A DNA stretch of 64,000 nt, taken from assembly GCA_964623415.1 (NCBI GenBank), contig CAZUUH010000001.1, positions 1,305 to 65,304 on the forward strand. Direction: 5' to 3'. This document shows positions 47,662 through 60,045 of this stretch, one piece after another; the stretch's first letter is position 1; the number at the start of each line of letters is the position of its first letter. This DNA is from an uncultured Candidatus Saccharibacteria bacterium. GTDB lineage: Bacteria > Patescibacteriota > Minisyncoccia > Phycocordibacterales > UBA9973. The notes below the pieces were generated by a model. That model searched no databases, was not told where the DNA came from, and was given only the letters and a program-made list of their open reading frames with translations. The translations under genes and the position numbers were made by a program.

Positions 47662-48153
47662 ATGGATTCATTTATAGAAACATTTCACATAGACTGGAAA
47701 ACAATAATCGCACAAGCAATAAACTTTATTATTGTATTGTTTGTTTTAAATTTTTTAGCGATAAAACCTTTAAAGAAAATGATGAATGAAAGGACAAATA
47801 ATATTGAAAAAGGGTTAAATGATGCAAAGAAAAATTCTGAAATATTAAAAAATACAGAGAATGAATATAATGAAGCTATTCTTAAGGCAAAAAAAGAAGC
47901 TCAAATAATATTTGAAGATGGAAAGAAGGATGCTTTAGACAAAAAAACAGAAATGCTAAATCAGGCAAAGATAGAGGTTGAAAATATGATTTTAAATGGT
48001 AAAAAAGTATTAGAATCCGAAAAAATAAAAATTCTAGATGAGGCAAAAAAAGAAATAGTAAGCTTAGTTGTAAAATCAACAGAAAAAATTCTTGAATCAA
48101 AAGAAGAAGAGGGTTTGAATAATAATATAATTTCAAAAATAAAGAAAATATAA
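47662..48153 (+). CDS. atpF: ATP synthase F0 subunit b
   Basis: N-terminal TM helix followed by a long charged helix, in operon position. Confidence 0.8.
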   Translation: MDSFIETFHIDWKTIIAQAINFIIVLFVLNFLAIKPLKKMMNERTNNIEKGLNDAKKNSEILKNTENEYNEAILKAKKEAQIIFEDGKKDALDKKTEMLNQAKIEVENMILNGKKVLESEKIKILDEAKKEIVSLVVKSTEKILESKEEEGLNNNIISKIKKI

Positions 48154-48157
48154 ATAT

Positions 48158-48565
48158 ATGTCAAATGTTTCAATTAAAAATATAGCAGAAGCAATATATG
48201 AATCATCTCAAGATAAAAAAGATGAAGATCTTTCTAATATTTTAAAAAATGCTGTAAATTTAATTCACAAAAAACATTTAATCAATAAATCTAGAGAAAT
48301 TCTCTTAGAACTCGATAAAATAATCAATAAAAAAGAGGAAAGAGCAAAAGCAATAATCAGTCTTAAAACAGAAATCGATAAAAATTTACAAGAAGAAATA
48401 GAAGATTTTATAAAAAACAGATATAAAATAAAAAAAGTTACACTTGAATTTAATATAGATAAAAAACTTTTAGGAGGCATGAAGATACAAGTTGGAGACG
48501 AGATAATAGATACCACGTATAAAAATAAACTTAAAAAATTAGAAAATTATCTTATAACTAACTAA
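48158..48565 (+). CDS. atpH: ATP synthase subunit delta (short form)
   Basis: C-terminal [27 protein letters not shown] matches the OSCP/delta C-terminus. At 135 aa it is shorter than usual. Confidence 0.65.
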   Translation: MSNVSIKNIAEAIYESSQDKKDEDLSNILKNAVNLIHKKHLINKSREILLELDKIINKKEERAKAIISLKTEIDKNLQEEIEDFIKNRYKIKKVTLEFNIDKKLLGGMKIQVGDEIIDTTYKNKLKKLENYLITN

Positions 48566-48573
48566 AAAATATT

Positions 48574-50073
48574 ATGACAAAAAATTACATTGTAGAAAAT
48601 TTAAAAAAACAAATAGAAAATTTTAAAGAAGAAATAAAAGCTGAAAAAATTGGTCATGTTATTGAAGTTTTTGATGGTATCGCAAAAATATCTGGTCTTT
48701 CAGATATAAAATCATCAGAAATGATATCTTTCTTAAATGGTGAAGTTGGGCTTGCATTAAACCTAGAAGAAGATTCTGTTGGTGTTATTATACTTGGAGA
48801 CTACTCAAAGATACATGAAGGTGATGAAGTTAAAGCAACCGGTAAAATACTTTCTGTACCAGTAGCAAATGCTCAGATAGGAAGAGTTTTAAATGCTCTC
48901 GGCGAACCAATTGACGGGAAAGGTAAAATAAAAGAAGAAGAAATAAGACCAATAGAAAAGGTTGCTCCTGGAGTTATAACAAGACTATCCGTTAGTCAAG
49001 CACTACAAACAGGAATAAAAGCTATCGATGCGCTTATCCCTATTGGACGTGGACAACGTGAACTTATCATTGGTGACCGTCAGACGGGTAAAACAGCTAT
49101 CGCAATAGATACTATATTAAACCAAAAAGGACAAGACGTAGTTTGCGTTTATGTTTCAATAGGACAAAAAGATTCCAAACTTCGTAAAATTCAAACAAGA
49201 TTAGAAGAAGGAGGAGCTATGGATTATACTATTATTGTATCTGCTGGGTCATCTGAAAGTGCTGCTTTGTCTTATATAGCACCATATACAGGAGTTTCAA
49301 TTGCTGAATATTTTATGGATCAAGGAAAAGATGTTTTAATAATCTATGATGATTTATCAAAACACGCAGTTGCTTATCGTGAAATATCACTTTTGTTACG
49401 TCGTCCACCAGGTCGCGAAGCTTTTCCAGGAGATGTGTTTTATTTACACTCAAGATTATTAGAAAGAGCTTGCAGAAGGAATAAAGAATATGGAGGTGGA
49501 TCAATAACAGCACTACCCATAATTGAAACACAATCAGGTGATATCTCTGCTTATATTCCAACAAATGTTATATCAATTACAGATGGACAAATATTCCTTG
49601 AAACAGATTTGTTTTATAAAGGAATTCGTCCAGCCGTAAACGTTGGATTTTCTGTATCTCGAGTAGGGTCATCTGCTCAAATAAAAGCAATGAAAAAAGT
49701 TTCTGGAACATTAAAGCTTGATCTAGCTCAATTTCGTGAACTTGAAGCCTTCGCACAATTTGGTTCAGATCTTGATGAAAATACAAAGAAACAACTTGAG
49801 CGAGGTAAAAGAGCGATAGAAATATTAAAACAACCACAATATTCACCAGTTAAAGTTGAAGATCAAGTTGTTATACTTTACGCTTTAACTAAAGGCTATG
49901 TAGACGATGTTTCTATCGATAAAATAAAATCTTTTGAAGAAAATTTAATAGAATATGCAAACAGAAACGCAAAAACTTTTTATGAAGAAATTAATAAAGA
50001 AAAAATGTGGTCAGAAGAAGGAGAAAAAGAGTTAATAAAAATAATAGAAGATTTTAAAAAATCATTTAATTAA
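48574..50073 (+). CDS. atpA: ATP synthase F1 alpha subunit
   Basis: [18 protein letters not shown] Walker A, and full-length alpha homology. Confidence 0.95.
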   Translation: MTKNYIVENLKKQIENFKEEIKAEKIGHVIEVFDGIAKISGLSDIKSSEMISFLNGEVGLALNLEEDSVGVIILGDYSKIHEGDEVKATGKILSVPVANAQIGRVLNALGEPIDGKGKIKEEEIRPIEKVAPGVITRLSVSQALQTGIKAIDALIPIGRGQRELIIGDRQTGKTAIAIDTILNQKGQDVVCVYVSIGQKDSKLRKIQTRLEEGGAMDYTIIVSAGSSESAALSYIAPYTGVSIAEYFMDQGKDVLIIYDDLSKHAVAYREISLLLRRPPGREAFPGDVFYLHSRLLERACRRNKEYGGGSITALPIIETQSGDISAYIPTNVISITDGQIFLETDLFYKGIRPAVNVGFSVSRVGSSAQIKAMKKVSGTLKLDLAQFRELEAFAQFGSDLDENTKKQLERGKRAIEILKQPQYSPVKVEDQVVILYALTKGYVDDVSIDKIKSFEENLIEYANRNAKTFYEEINKEKMWSEEGEKELIKIIEDFKKSFN

Positions 50074-50075
50074 AT

Positions 50076-52369
<2,294 letters not shown>

Positions 52370-52382
52370 AAAATAAAATAAT

Positions 52383-52826
52383 ATGCAAAAGAAAATAAAA
52401 TTAAAAATAGTTACACCAGAAAAACTTATTTTAGAAGAACTAGTCGATGAGGTTAGTATTCCGACAACCGAAGGGGAAATAACAATATTACCTAATCATA
52501 TACCATTAATCTCAAAAATTTCTTCTGGTGATATTGTTGTTTTAAATAAAGGAGAAATTGTGCCTATTGCTGTTGTTGGAGGTTTACTTGAAGTTAAAAG
52601 AGAAAACGAAGAAACAATTATAACAATTCTAGCTGATTTTGCAGAACATGTATCTTCTATATCTGAAGAAGAAATAGAAAAAGCTAAACAAAGAGCAGAA
52701 GAATTACGTAAACAAAGAGAAAATAAAGAAGTAGTTGATTTTGAGTATTTTGCTGGAGAATTAGAAAGAAATCTAACAAGAATAAAAATAGCAGATAAAT
52801 GGAAAACTAAAAAATATAGAAAATAA
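52383..52826 (+). CDS. atpC: ATP synthase F1 epsilon subunit
   Basis: IVTPEKLILEELVDEVSIPTTEGEITILPNHIPLIS is the epsilon beta-sandwich. Confidence 0.85.
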   Translation: MQKKIKLKIVTPEKLILEELVDEVSIPTTEGEITILPNHIPLISKISSGDIVVLNKGEIVPIAVVGGLLEVKRENEETIITILADFAEHVSSISEEEIEKAKQRAEELRKQRENKEVVDFEYFAGELERNLTRIKIADKWKTKKYRK

Positions 52827-52832
52827 AAAATT

Positions 52833-52866
52833 AAACCCCGGCAATATAAGCCGGGGGTATTTTTTA
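52833..52866. terminator. Bidirectional intrinsic terminator closing the atp operon (ccccggc-aatataa-gccgggg with flanking A/T runs)
   Basis: GC-rich stem, with T5 downstream on the plus strand and an A-run upstream. Confidence 0.7.
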
Positions 52867-53331
52867 TAAAGAAATCTCATCATAAATTTTTCTCCATTGC
52901 ATCTTACTGCAATAAGAAATAAAATTTTTTCCCACACATAAAGAGGAATCATTTGAGAGACATTTAATCTTAAAAGATTCTCCAAAATAATTCCTTACTT
53001 TAATAAAGGTACTTTTTGTCCAGTAAATACCTTTATTAAAATCAAGATTGTTAATATCTGTAACTGAATAGACGATAGGTTCGTCTCTTTCAATTAGAGA
53101 AACAACTCTTCCAGAAATAATAATCTTTTCTGGAATAAATAGCCAATTCAAAAAATTTTTTACCTTTTTGTAACTAAACCGAAAAAATTCAGCTAGATAC
53201 TCAAAGATAAAAACTACACCAGCTACGACTACTCCTATTACAATTAAAATAACTATAATAAGAACAGGAAAATCATCACTTGATGAAGCAACAACCCTGT
53301 TGTTAACTTCATCTAAATTTTTTGTCTCCAT
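52864..53331 (-). CDS. Hypothetical membrane-anchored protein (one TM, C-terminal globular domain)
   Basis: A single hydrophobic helix (VLIIVILIVIGVVVAGVVFIF). No family recognised. Confidence 0.35.
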   Translation of the reverse strand: METKNLDEVNNRVVASSSDDFPVLIIVILIVIGVVVAGVVFIFEYLAEFFRFSYKKVKNFLNWLFIPEKIIISGRVVSLIERDEPIVYSVTDINNLDFNKGIYWTKSTFIKVRNYFGESFKIKCLSNDSSLCVGKNFISYCSKMQWRKIYDEISL

Positions 53332-53377
53332 GGCTTTAAAATTTTATATATTATATAATCTTTTGCCATAATAGTCA

Positions 53378-53551
53378 ACTATCTATATTTTTCACGCCAA
53401 TCATAATCTTCTTCTTCATCATCCTTTTTATCAACAATAGGAGTCCCACAACTTGGGCAAAGTTCATCATAACTACGTAGTCCACACCTTGGACAAATTG
53501 GCTCTTTTTTAACCAAATCACTATTTTCACTATTATTTTCTTCGTAATCCA
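53378..53551 (-). CDS. Small zinc-ribbon protein (57 aa), upstream of and co-directional with the membrane protein
   Basis: Hand-translated from the reverse strand: MDYEENNSENSDLVKKEPICPRCGLRSYDELCPSCGTPIVDKKDDEEEDYDWREKYR, with CPRC..CPSC. It is below the ORF-track length cutoff. Confidence 0.35.
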
Positions 53552-53615
53552 TATATTTAATTATATATTAAATTATATATTTTTTAAAGATTCCAATTAA
53601 TGATATAATATTGTT

Positions 53616-54416
53616 ATGGAACAAAAAACAACCACAAATATCATAGCAACTATAGGCCCATCTAGTTGCGATAAAGAAACTTTATCACAAATGATAGATC
53701 ACAATATGGATATGGCTCGTTTAAATTTTTCATGGGGTTCATATGAATGGTTCATAGATGTTATTGGTTTGATAAAAGAACTTAGCAAAGAAAAAAATAA
53801 ATATATACCTATAATACAGGATTTATCTGGACCAAGAATCCAAGATGAAAATGGACATTATTTTAATAATGAAAGTAAGGATAAAATAATTACAGAAAAG
53901 GATATAGCTGATTTAGAATTTGGAATAAAAAATAATGTTGATTATATTGCAATGTCTTTTGTAGGTTGTAAAGATGACATTGTAGAACTAAGAAATATTA
54001 TAAAAGAAAAAGGTGGTAAACAAAAAATTATTGCAAAAATAGAAAGGAAAATGGCTGTAGACAATCTATGTGAAATTATACAAGAAGCAGACGCTATAAT
54101 GGTTGCTCGTGGAGATCTTGGTAATGAATTTGCGTTAGAAGAAATACCTTTTATTCAACACAAAATAATACAGGCTTCAAACCTAGCCGATAAGATGGTC
54201 ATCGTAGCAACACAAATGTTGTTATCAATGGTTGAAAACGATAAACCTACAAGAGCTGAAGTTACAGACATTGCTTATGCCATATTAGACGGAGCAGATG
54301 GTATTATGCTATCAGAAGAATCTGCTAAAGGAAAACACCCAGTTCTTGCGATAAAAATAATGGAAAATATTGCAAGATTTGCTGAAAAACATCGCAATAT
54401 TATTAAAATAGATTAA
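53616..54416 (+). CDS. pyk: Minimal pyruvate kinase (A/TIM-barrel domain only; B lid and C-terminal allosteric domain absent)
   Basis: IIATIGPSS...MARLNFSWG, DLSGPRI, MVARGDLG and PTRAEVTDIAYAILDGADGIMLSEESAKGK align to the PK A domain. The roughly 100-aa B-domain insert and the C domain have no counterpart. Confidence 0.65.
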   Translation: MEQKTTTNIIATIGPSSCDKETLSQMIDHNMDMARLNFSWGSYEWFIDVIGLIKELSKEKNKYIPIIQDLSGPRIQDENGHYFNNESKDKIITEKDIADLEFGIKNNVDYIAMSFVGCKDDIVELRNIIKEKGGKQKIIAKIERKMAVDNLCEIIQEADAIMVARGDLGNEFALEEIPFIQHKIIQASNLADKMVIVATQMLLSMVENDKPTRAEVTDIAYAILDGADGIMLSEESAKGKHPVLAIKIMENIARFAEKHRNIIKID

Positions 54417-54422
54417 AATAAA

Positions 54423-55394
54423 ATGACAAAACATATATACATAACAAGAAAAATACCTGAAGTTGGTCTTAATATATTAAAAGAAAAAGGTATATCTTAT
54501 ACTATTGGTAAATTTAAAAAACCACCAACCAAAAAAGATTTAATAATCGAGCTTAAAAAGAAACAGTACGATGGTGTTATTTCTTTTTTAACAGACAAAA
54601 TAGATAAAGATATATTTGATGCATGTAAAACAATAAAAGTTTTTGCGAATTTCGCTGTTGGTTTTAATAATATTGATATAGAAGAAGCAAAAAAGAGAAA
54701 TATAGAAATATCAAATACACCTGGTACATCTGGAACAGCTGTAGCTGAGCACACTGTTGCATTAATGCTTTCATTAACAACAAGATTAGTGGAAGCCGAT
54801 GAATATATGCGCCGTGGTAAATTCAAAGGTTGGGATCCAGATATATTTATAGGTACAGATATGAAGGGCAAGACAATTGGTTTAATCGGAGTAGGGGAGA
54901 TAGGAACAAAAGTTGCAAAAATGCTTCATTATGGATTTGGTTCGAAGGTTATCTATAGTGATATTATAAAAAACGAAGAATTAGAAAAGATTGATGGGGT
55001 AAAAAAAATGGATACAAAAGATGTTCTAAAAAATGCAGATATTGTATCGTTACATGTTCCTTTGTTGCCAAGTACTTATCACCTTATAAACAAAGAAAGT
55101 ATCTCAACTATGAAAAAAACATCTTTCCTTATAAACACATCTCGTGGTCCTGTAGTTGATGAAAAAGCACTGGTTTGGGCTCTTAAAAAAGATATTATTC
55201 GTGGAGCCGGAATTGATGTCTTCGAATTTGAACCAAAATTAGCAAAAGGATTAACTAAATTACCAGATGTCATAATAACACCACATATAGCATCAGCTAG
55301 GCAGTCTGCTCGAGATATGATGTCAGAAATTGCAGTAAAAAATATAATCTCTGCGTTGGAAACAGGCAAAGTAATAAATAGTGTTATAAAATAA
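54423..55394 (+). CDS. D-isomer-specific 2-hydroxyacid dehydrogenase (D-lactate/glycerate dehydrogenase-like)
   Basis: NAD-binding GKTIGLIGVGEIGTKVAKML and catalytic-domain homology (SRGPVVDEKAL, ITPHIAS). Confidence 0.8.
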   Translation: MTKHIYITRKIPEVGLNILKEKGISYTIGKFKKPPTKKDLIIELKKKQYDGVISFLTDKIDKDIFDACKTIKVFANFAVGFNNIDIEEAKKRNIEISNTPGTSGTAVAEHTVALMLSLTTRLVEADEYMRRGKFKGWDPDIFIGTDMKGKTIGLIGVGEIGTKVAKMLHYGFGSKVIYSDIIKNEELEKIDGVKKMDTKDVLKNADIVSLHVPLLPSTYHLINKESISTMKKTSFLINTSRGPVVDEKALVWALKKDIIRGAGIDVFEFEPKLAKGLTKLPDVIITPHIASARQSARDMMSEIAVKNIISALETGKVINSVIK

Positions 55395-55423
55395 GACTTA
55401 TTATAATTGTGTGCAAAACTTGA

Positions 55424-56293
55424 TTGCGTATTAATTATGAAGATAATATAATTAAATATATGGAAAAAAATAATTTTTTAAAGAAGTTCTATTTTATTAT
55501 AATATTATTATTAATAGTAGTTGGAGTTACTAATTTAGTCGAAGCAAAACAAGCAACAAATTCAATAACCGTCGAAATTGATGAGGATAAGAGTAATCAA
55601 AACAATAAAGAGATTAATCAAAATGAAAACAGAAATAGAGTTCAAACTCTAAAAGATGAAACAAATGATCAAGTAGGAGCTATTAGACAAGAAAGCAAAG
55701 AACGCATACAAGCAATGGTTGAGACAGCCAAGCAAGCTAGATCAGAATTTGTAAATGAAGTTAAAACAATAAGACAAGAAACTCTAACAAAAGCCGAAGA
55801 AGTTAAAGCTCAATTTAGAGAAGGATTAAATAAAATAAAAAACGAAGCAAAGAAAAATTCTACAGAGAAAATAATTAATTCTATAAATGAATTAAATATT
55901 AGATTAACCAAGCAATTATCAGATAAGATAAATCAAATAGAAAATGTAATTGTTGGTATAGAGTCTCGCATTATTAAAGGAGAAGAAAAAGGTCTTGATC
56001 TTGTAAAAGTTAAAGACTTATTAACAAAATCTAAAGGAGAAATATCAAAATCTAAAGATGCTATACTTTTGCAATCTCAAAAAATTTACACAGTAACTAT
56101 TACAGATGAATCAACATTAAAAACTAAAACACAAGAAACTAGAAATCTATTTAAATCAGAAATCAAAATAGCTAGAGACAGTGTTGTTAAGGCTCACGAA
56201 GCAGTTCGTGACGCAGCCATTCTACTTGGAGAAATTTCTGATATAGATGACGAAGAAGCTGAAACTGAAGAAGAAAAAGTAATCGTAGAATAA
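55424..56293 (+). CDS. Hypothetical exported coiled-coil protein
   Basis: N-terminal TM/signal segment, low-complexity charged coiled coil and an acidic C-terminus. Confidence 0.35.
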   Translation: MRINYEDNIIKYMEKNNFLKKFYFIIILLLIVVGVTNLVEAKQATNSITVEIDEDKSNQNNKEINQNENRNRVQTLKDETNDQVGAIRQESKERIQAMVETAKQARSEFVNEVKTIRQETLTKAEEVKAQFREGLNKIKNEAKKNSTEKIINSINELNIRLTKQLSDKINQIENVIVGIESRIIKGEEKGLDLVKVKDLLTKSKGEISKSKDAILLQSQKIYTVTITDESTLKTKTQETRNLFKSEIKIARDSVVKAHEAVRDAAILLGEISDIDDEEAETEEEKVIVE

Positions 56294-56321
56294 TAATTAT
56301 TAATATTAATAAAATAAAAAT

Positions 56322-56588
56322 ATGGAAGAAAATAAAAAAAACAAATCTAATATTTCAATAATAATTATCGTATTGATTGCTTTAATTATACTCATAATAT
56401 TAAAAAATAGTATTTTCAATAAAAATACTAAAGAGATTACAGAAGAACAAATAAATAATGCTAAAATAGAAGAAGCTATACAAAAAGATAACACTGAAGA
56501 CATTAAAAAGAATATTGATGAAATAACAATAGAAGACATAACAGACTTAGAAATGGATTCTATTGATAAAGAAATTGATACCTTGTAA
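56322..56588 (+). CDS. Small hypothetical membrane protein
   Basis: One TM helix (IIIIVLIALIILIIL) and an acidic tail. Confidence 0.3.
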   Translation: MEENKKNKSNISIIIIVLIALIILIILKNSIFNKNTKEITEEQINNAKIEEAIQKDNTEDIKKNIDEITIEDITDLEMDSIDKEIDTL

Positions 56589-56607
56589 TTATATAAAGAT
56601 TTATAAA

Positions 56608-56636
56608 CTAAAAGCCGGAATATCCGGTTTTTAGTT
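56608..56636 (+). terminator. Intrinsic terminator (ctaaaagccgga-ata-tccggtttttag)
   Basis: Stem-loop with a T-run. Confidence 0.6.
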
Positions 56637-56666
56637 TGCTTAAATTAAAAATGTTATAATAAATGT

Positions 56667-57827
56667 ATGGAACCACTTGCTTCAAAAATTAGACCCAAAA
56701 ATCTTAAAGAATTTGTAGGACAAGAACACTTAGTTGGTAAAGATAAACCTCTAAAAATTGCTATCGACAAAAAACATCTTTTTTCTTTTATATTATGGGG
56801 ACCTCCTGGGGTTGGAAAAACAACTTTAGCTAAAATATATGCTCAATCATTAAATGCTGATTATTATGAATTATCAGCTGTTTCTGCTGGTAAAGATGAT
56901 ATAAAAAAGATATTAGATAATTCAGAAAAGAAAGGAACAGGGGAGTTATTTGGCCCTAAAATATTATTTTTAGATGAAATACATAGATTCAACAAAGCCC
57001 AACAAGACTTTCTTTTACCATATGTTGAAAGTGGTAGATTAACCTTAATTGGAGCGACTACGGAGAACCCAAGCTTCGAGGTTATACCTGCTTTACTTTC
57101 TAGGTGTAGAGTTTTTGTACTTAATGAACTAAAAGATAAAGAGATAAAAAAAATTTTAAAAAATACAGGTTATAATCTTGATAGAGATACAACAAATTGG
57201 CTTATATCAATGTCTCTCGGTGATGCAAGACAAGCTATAACAATGATAGAAAACACCATTTCTCTCTATAAAAAAATTACAGTTGAAACATTAAAGAATA
57301 CCTTGCAATCAAAATTCCTTCGTTATGATAAAAAAGGAAGCGAACATCATGATACTATAAGTGCTTTTATTAAAAGTATGCGTGCGTCCCAACCAGACCC
57401 CACATTATACTATTTGTCAAGGATGCTAGAGTCTGGTGAAGATCCAAAATTTATAGCCAGAAGAATGATAATTTTTGCTGCTGAAGATATTGGACTTGCT
57501 CAACCAACAGCTCAAGTCGTTGCAAATGGTGTATTTAGAGCTGTAGAGGTCGTAGGAATGCCTGAATGTGCAGAAAATCTAGCCTTTGGTTCTGTATACT
57601 TAGCTTTAGCCAAGAAAGACCGTAGTTCTTATAATGCATATCTTAAAGCAAAGGAAGATGTCGTAAGATATGGGAATCTACCTATACCAATGTCTATAAG
57701 AAATGCACCTACAAAATTAATGAAGGATTTAGGATATGGGGAGGGCTATGATAAATACACAAGTAAAAACCTAATGCCAGATAAATTAAAGGGAAGAAAA
57801 TATTTTAAATATAATAAAGTGTCGTAA
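56667..57827 (+). CDS. rarA: Replication-associated recombination protein A (AAA+ ATPase)
   Basis: Walker A GPPGVGKTTLAK, Walker B ILFLDEIHRF and the MgsA C-terminal domain. Confidence 0.85.
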   Translation: MEPLASKIRPKNLKEFVGQEHLVGKDKPLKIAIDKKHLFSFILWGPPGVGKTTLAKIYAQSLNADYYELSAVSAGKDDIKKILDNSEKKGTGELFGPKILFLDEIHRFNKAQQDFLLPYVESGRLTLIGATTENPSFEVIPALLSRCRVFVLNELKDKEIKKILKNTGYNLDRDTTNWLISMSLGDARQAITMIENTISLYKKITVETLKNTLQSKFLRYDKKGSEHHDTISAFIKSMRASQPDPTLYYLSRMLESGEDPKFIARRMIIFAAEDIGLAQPTAQVVANGVFRAVEVVGMPECAENLAFGSVYLALAKKDRSSYNAYLKAKEDVVRYGNLPIPMSIRNAPTKLMKDLGYGEGYDKYTSKNLMPDKLKGRKYFKYNKVS

Positions 57828-57969
57828 AATTGGATTGTGTGTACATTAATTTTTAATTTTTAAGTAAATTAATGACGCAAAAGATATATTGTGCGACGTT
57901 ATTATATAAAAATTATCTATAAGAATATACAGCTTTTACTACTTCCCTAAGTTGTAATTCCCAAATAAA

Positions 57970-58839
57970 TTATTTGTAACTAGATACACAAGCATTAAAA
58001 GAATTAACTTGTTTATTATATAAATTTATTTTTTCTTTTGTTTCTTTAATTAAATTATTATATAAATCAATATCATTATTATATTCTTTTATCTCTGATC
58101 TTTTAGATCTACCCCTTTCTATATCCTTCTCAAGAATAATCCTTTTTGTAGATAATTCATTTTCAAGTAATTCTATCTTATTTCTATCCTCATATATCAA
58201 ATTATGCAAATTTTCATCAATCTTTGGACAAACACCCCTTAAAACACCAAAATGTTGTACAGCCATCCAGACATTTTTACCCTCAAAAACTCCCTTAGAA
58301 ACCGCTACCCCAATTTCTCTATATTTATCATTTAAGATATTTGCTCGATGCCCAGGACTATTCATCCATGCTTCTACGAGAGCTTCTTCATTTTTAAAAT
58401 TACCCATTGCTAAGTTTTCACCAACTATAATATATTCATAATTATAAAAATCAGCTAAATTCGTAACACCAAAATTATCTGGAGAGATATGGTCAAAATA
58501 TTGTTCACTAAACATATCTCTTATTTTTTCTTCAGCCATCTTATCGAGTAAAATATTCTCTGTTAAAGAATTTTTTATCCCATTTTTTTCTCTATAAATA
58601 TTAGTTAAATTTATAACCTTTATCTTATCTAAAAATATATCCTTACTATTAATATACCTATCATCAGTAACTCTAAGTGGGCCAGATAGATCTACTTTAC
58701 TATCAGAAACAAGTTCTTCTCCCCCGTTCAAACTTTTTATTTCTTTTATATCTTTATTTATAAAATTGTTTCTAATAATAAAAAAAGACAATAGAACGAA
58801 AAAAGATATTAATGTTATATAAAAATTTTTATTACTCAT
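57970..58839 (-). CDS. CAP/SCP/PR-1-like domain exported protein
   Basis: N-terminal TM segment. GENLAMGNFKNEEALVEAWMNSPGHRANILNDKYREIGVAV matches the CAP-domain signature, and there is a coiled-coil tail. Confidence 0.65.
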   Translation of the reverse strand: MSNKNFYITLISFFVLLSFFIIRNNFINKDIKEIKSLNGGEELVSDSKVDLSGPLRVTDDRYINSKDIFLDKIKVINLTNIYREKNGIKNSLTENILLDKMAEEKIRDMFSEQYFDHISPDNFGVTNLADFYNYEYIIVGENLAMGNFKNEEALVEAWMNSPGHRANILNDKYREIGVAVSKGVFEGKNVWMAVQHFGVLRGVCPKIDENLHNLIYEDRNKIELLENELSTKRIILEKDIERGRSKRSEIKEYNNDIDLYNNLIKETKEKINLYNKQVNSFNACVSSYK

Positions 58840-58844
58840 TTTAT

Positions 58845-59222
58845 TTATTCTTTACAAGAAGAAGATAAACTTAAACCATATTTCTCTGCATCCTCTTTAC
58901 TAGCAAACCAAATCTTATTCTCTTCTTTTATCCGACTAGATAAAGCACAAGAAATACTATAATATAATTTACCGTTTTTCGAAGCAACATATTTCTTTGC
59001 CTTATTGTCTATAACTTCAGATGAAATATCATTATTAATGTCTACTATGCTATAAAAACCATTGTCTTCTCTATATTCTGGTATTTTATCTTTTAAAACA
59101 GATAATTTTCCTAAGAAAAAGGAAATTAACCCAACTAAAATAATTATAAATACATAAATAATGGTTTCTCTTTCTTTAATTATCAATCTATTGATTTTAT
59201 TAATAAAATTGGTTATAATCAT
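58845..59222 (-). CDS. Hypothetical membrane-anchored protein with a C-terminal Cys motif resembling an Ada-like metal-binding domain
   Basis: KLYYSISCALSSRIKEENKIWFASKEDAEKYGLSLSSSC roughly fits the Ada/YHxxxC...C pattern. The assignment is weak. Confidence 0.3.
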   Translation of the reverse strand: MIITNFINKINRLIIKERETIIYVFIIILVGLISFFLGKLSVLKDKIPEYREDNGFYSIVDINNDISSEVIDNKAKKYVASKNGKLYYSISCALSSRIKEENKIWFASKEDAEKYGLSLSSSCKE

Positions 59223-59274
59223 ACTTACTTGATTATAAATAATAAATTAGTTAATAGCTAGTAAATAACATTAT

Positions 59275-59547
59275 ATGGCACATAGGAAAGCCGGCGGAAC
59301 GGCGAAAAACTTAAGAGATTCCCAACCAAAATATTTAGGAACAAAACTTTATGCTGGAGAAAAAGCTAAGGCTGGTTCTGTTATTGTTCGCCAACGTGGA
59401 ACAAAAATCTTACCTGGTAATAACGTAGGTCTTGGTAAAGACCATACACTTTTTGCCCTAAAAGAAGGTACAGTTAAATTTGGAACAAAAAGAAAGGTTA
59501 ATTTCAATAAAACAACTTCTGTTAAAAAAGTAGTTAACATAATCTAA
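59275..59547 (+). CDS. rpmA: 50S ribosomal protein L27
   Basis: [29 protein letters not shown] matches the L27 N-terminus. Confidence 0.92.
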   Translation: MAHRKAGGTAKNLRDSQPKYLGTKLYAGEKAKAGSVIVRQRGTKILPGNNVGLGKDHTLFALKEGTVKFGTKRKVNFNKTTSVKKVVNII

Positions 59548-59550
59548 ATT

Positions 59551-59581
59551 AAAAATCCTCATCAATTGATGAGGATTTTTA
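59551..59581. terminator. Bidirectional terminator between rpmA and rplI (atcctcatc-aatt-gatgaggat flanked by A5 and T5)
   Basis: Perfect 9-bp palindrome with symmetric A/T runs. Confidence 0.7.
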
Positions 59582-59595
59582 ATAATACTTTAAAT

Positions 59596-60036
59596 TTAAA
59601 TAGCTTCTACTATAACTTCACACTCCCCTTTCATATCGCCTTTTTTGATTAAAACCTTGTGTGATCCAATATTTTTTATATTTTCCATTATAAGAGATTT
59701 TTCTTCTATCTCAATACCCGTATCTTTTTTTATAGCATCTATAATATCTTTTTGAGAAACAGCTTTAAATAAATGCCCCTTTTCATTAGTTTTAGCTTTT
59801 ATAACAACAGATTTATTGTTAATAGAAGAAACTAGTTCTTTAAAAATTTTAATTTCTTCTTGTCTTTTTCTTTCCATCTTATTCTTCATATCATTAAGCT
59901 TTGCAAGCTCATTTTTAGTAGCAAGAATAGCAAGACCTTTTGATATAAGAACATTCTCAGCATATCCATCTTTAAAATCTTTAACATCATACCTATTCCC
60001 GACCTTGGGAATATCAGTAAGTAAAATAACTTTCAT
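59596..60036 (-). CDS. rplI: 50S ribosomal protein L9
   Basis: MKVILLTDIPKVGNRYDVKDFKDGYAENVLISKGLA matches the L9 N-domain. Confidence 0.88.
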   Translation of the reverse strand: MKVILLTDIPKVGNRYDVKDFKDGYAENVLISKGLAILATKNELAKLNDMKNKMERKRQEEIKIFKELVSSINNKSVVIKAKTNEKGHLFKAVSQKDIIDAIKKDTGIEIEEKSLIMENIKNIGSHKVLIKKGDMKGECEVIVEAI

Positions 60037-60045
60037 AAAAATTTA

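Noticed and set aside
47595-47789. ORF 47595..47789 (64 aa) across the atpE-atpF spacer
   Set aside because: It covers the hairpin and SD region and then runs out of frame into atpF. There is no support for it as a gene.
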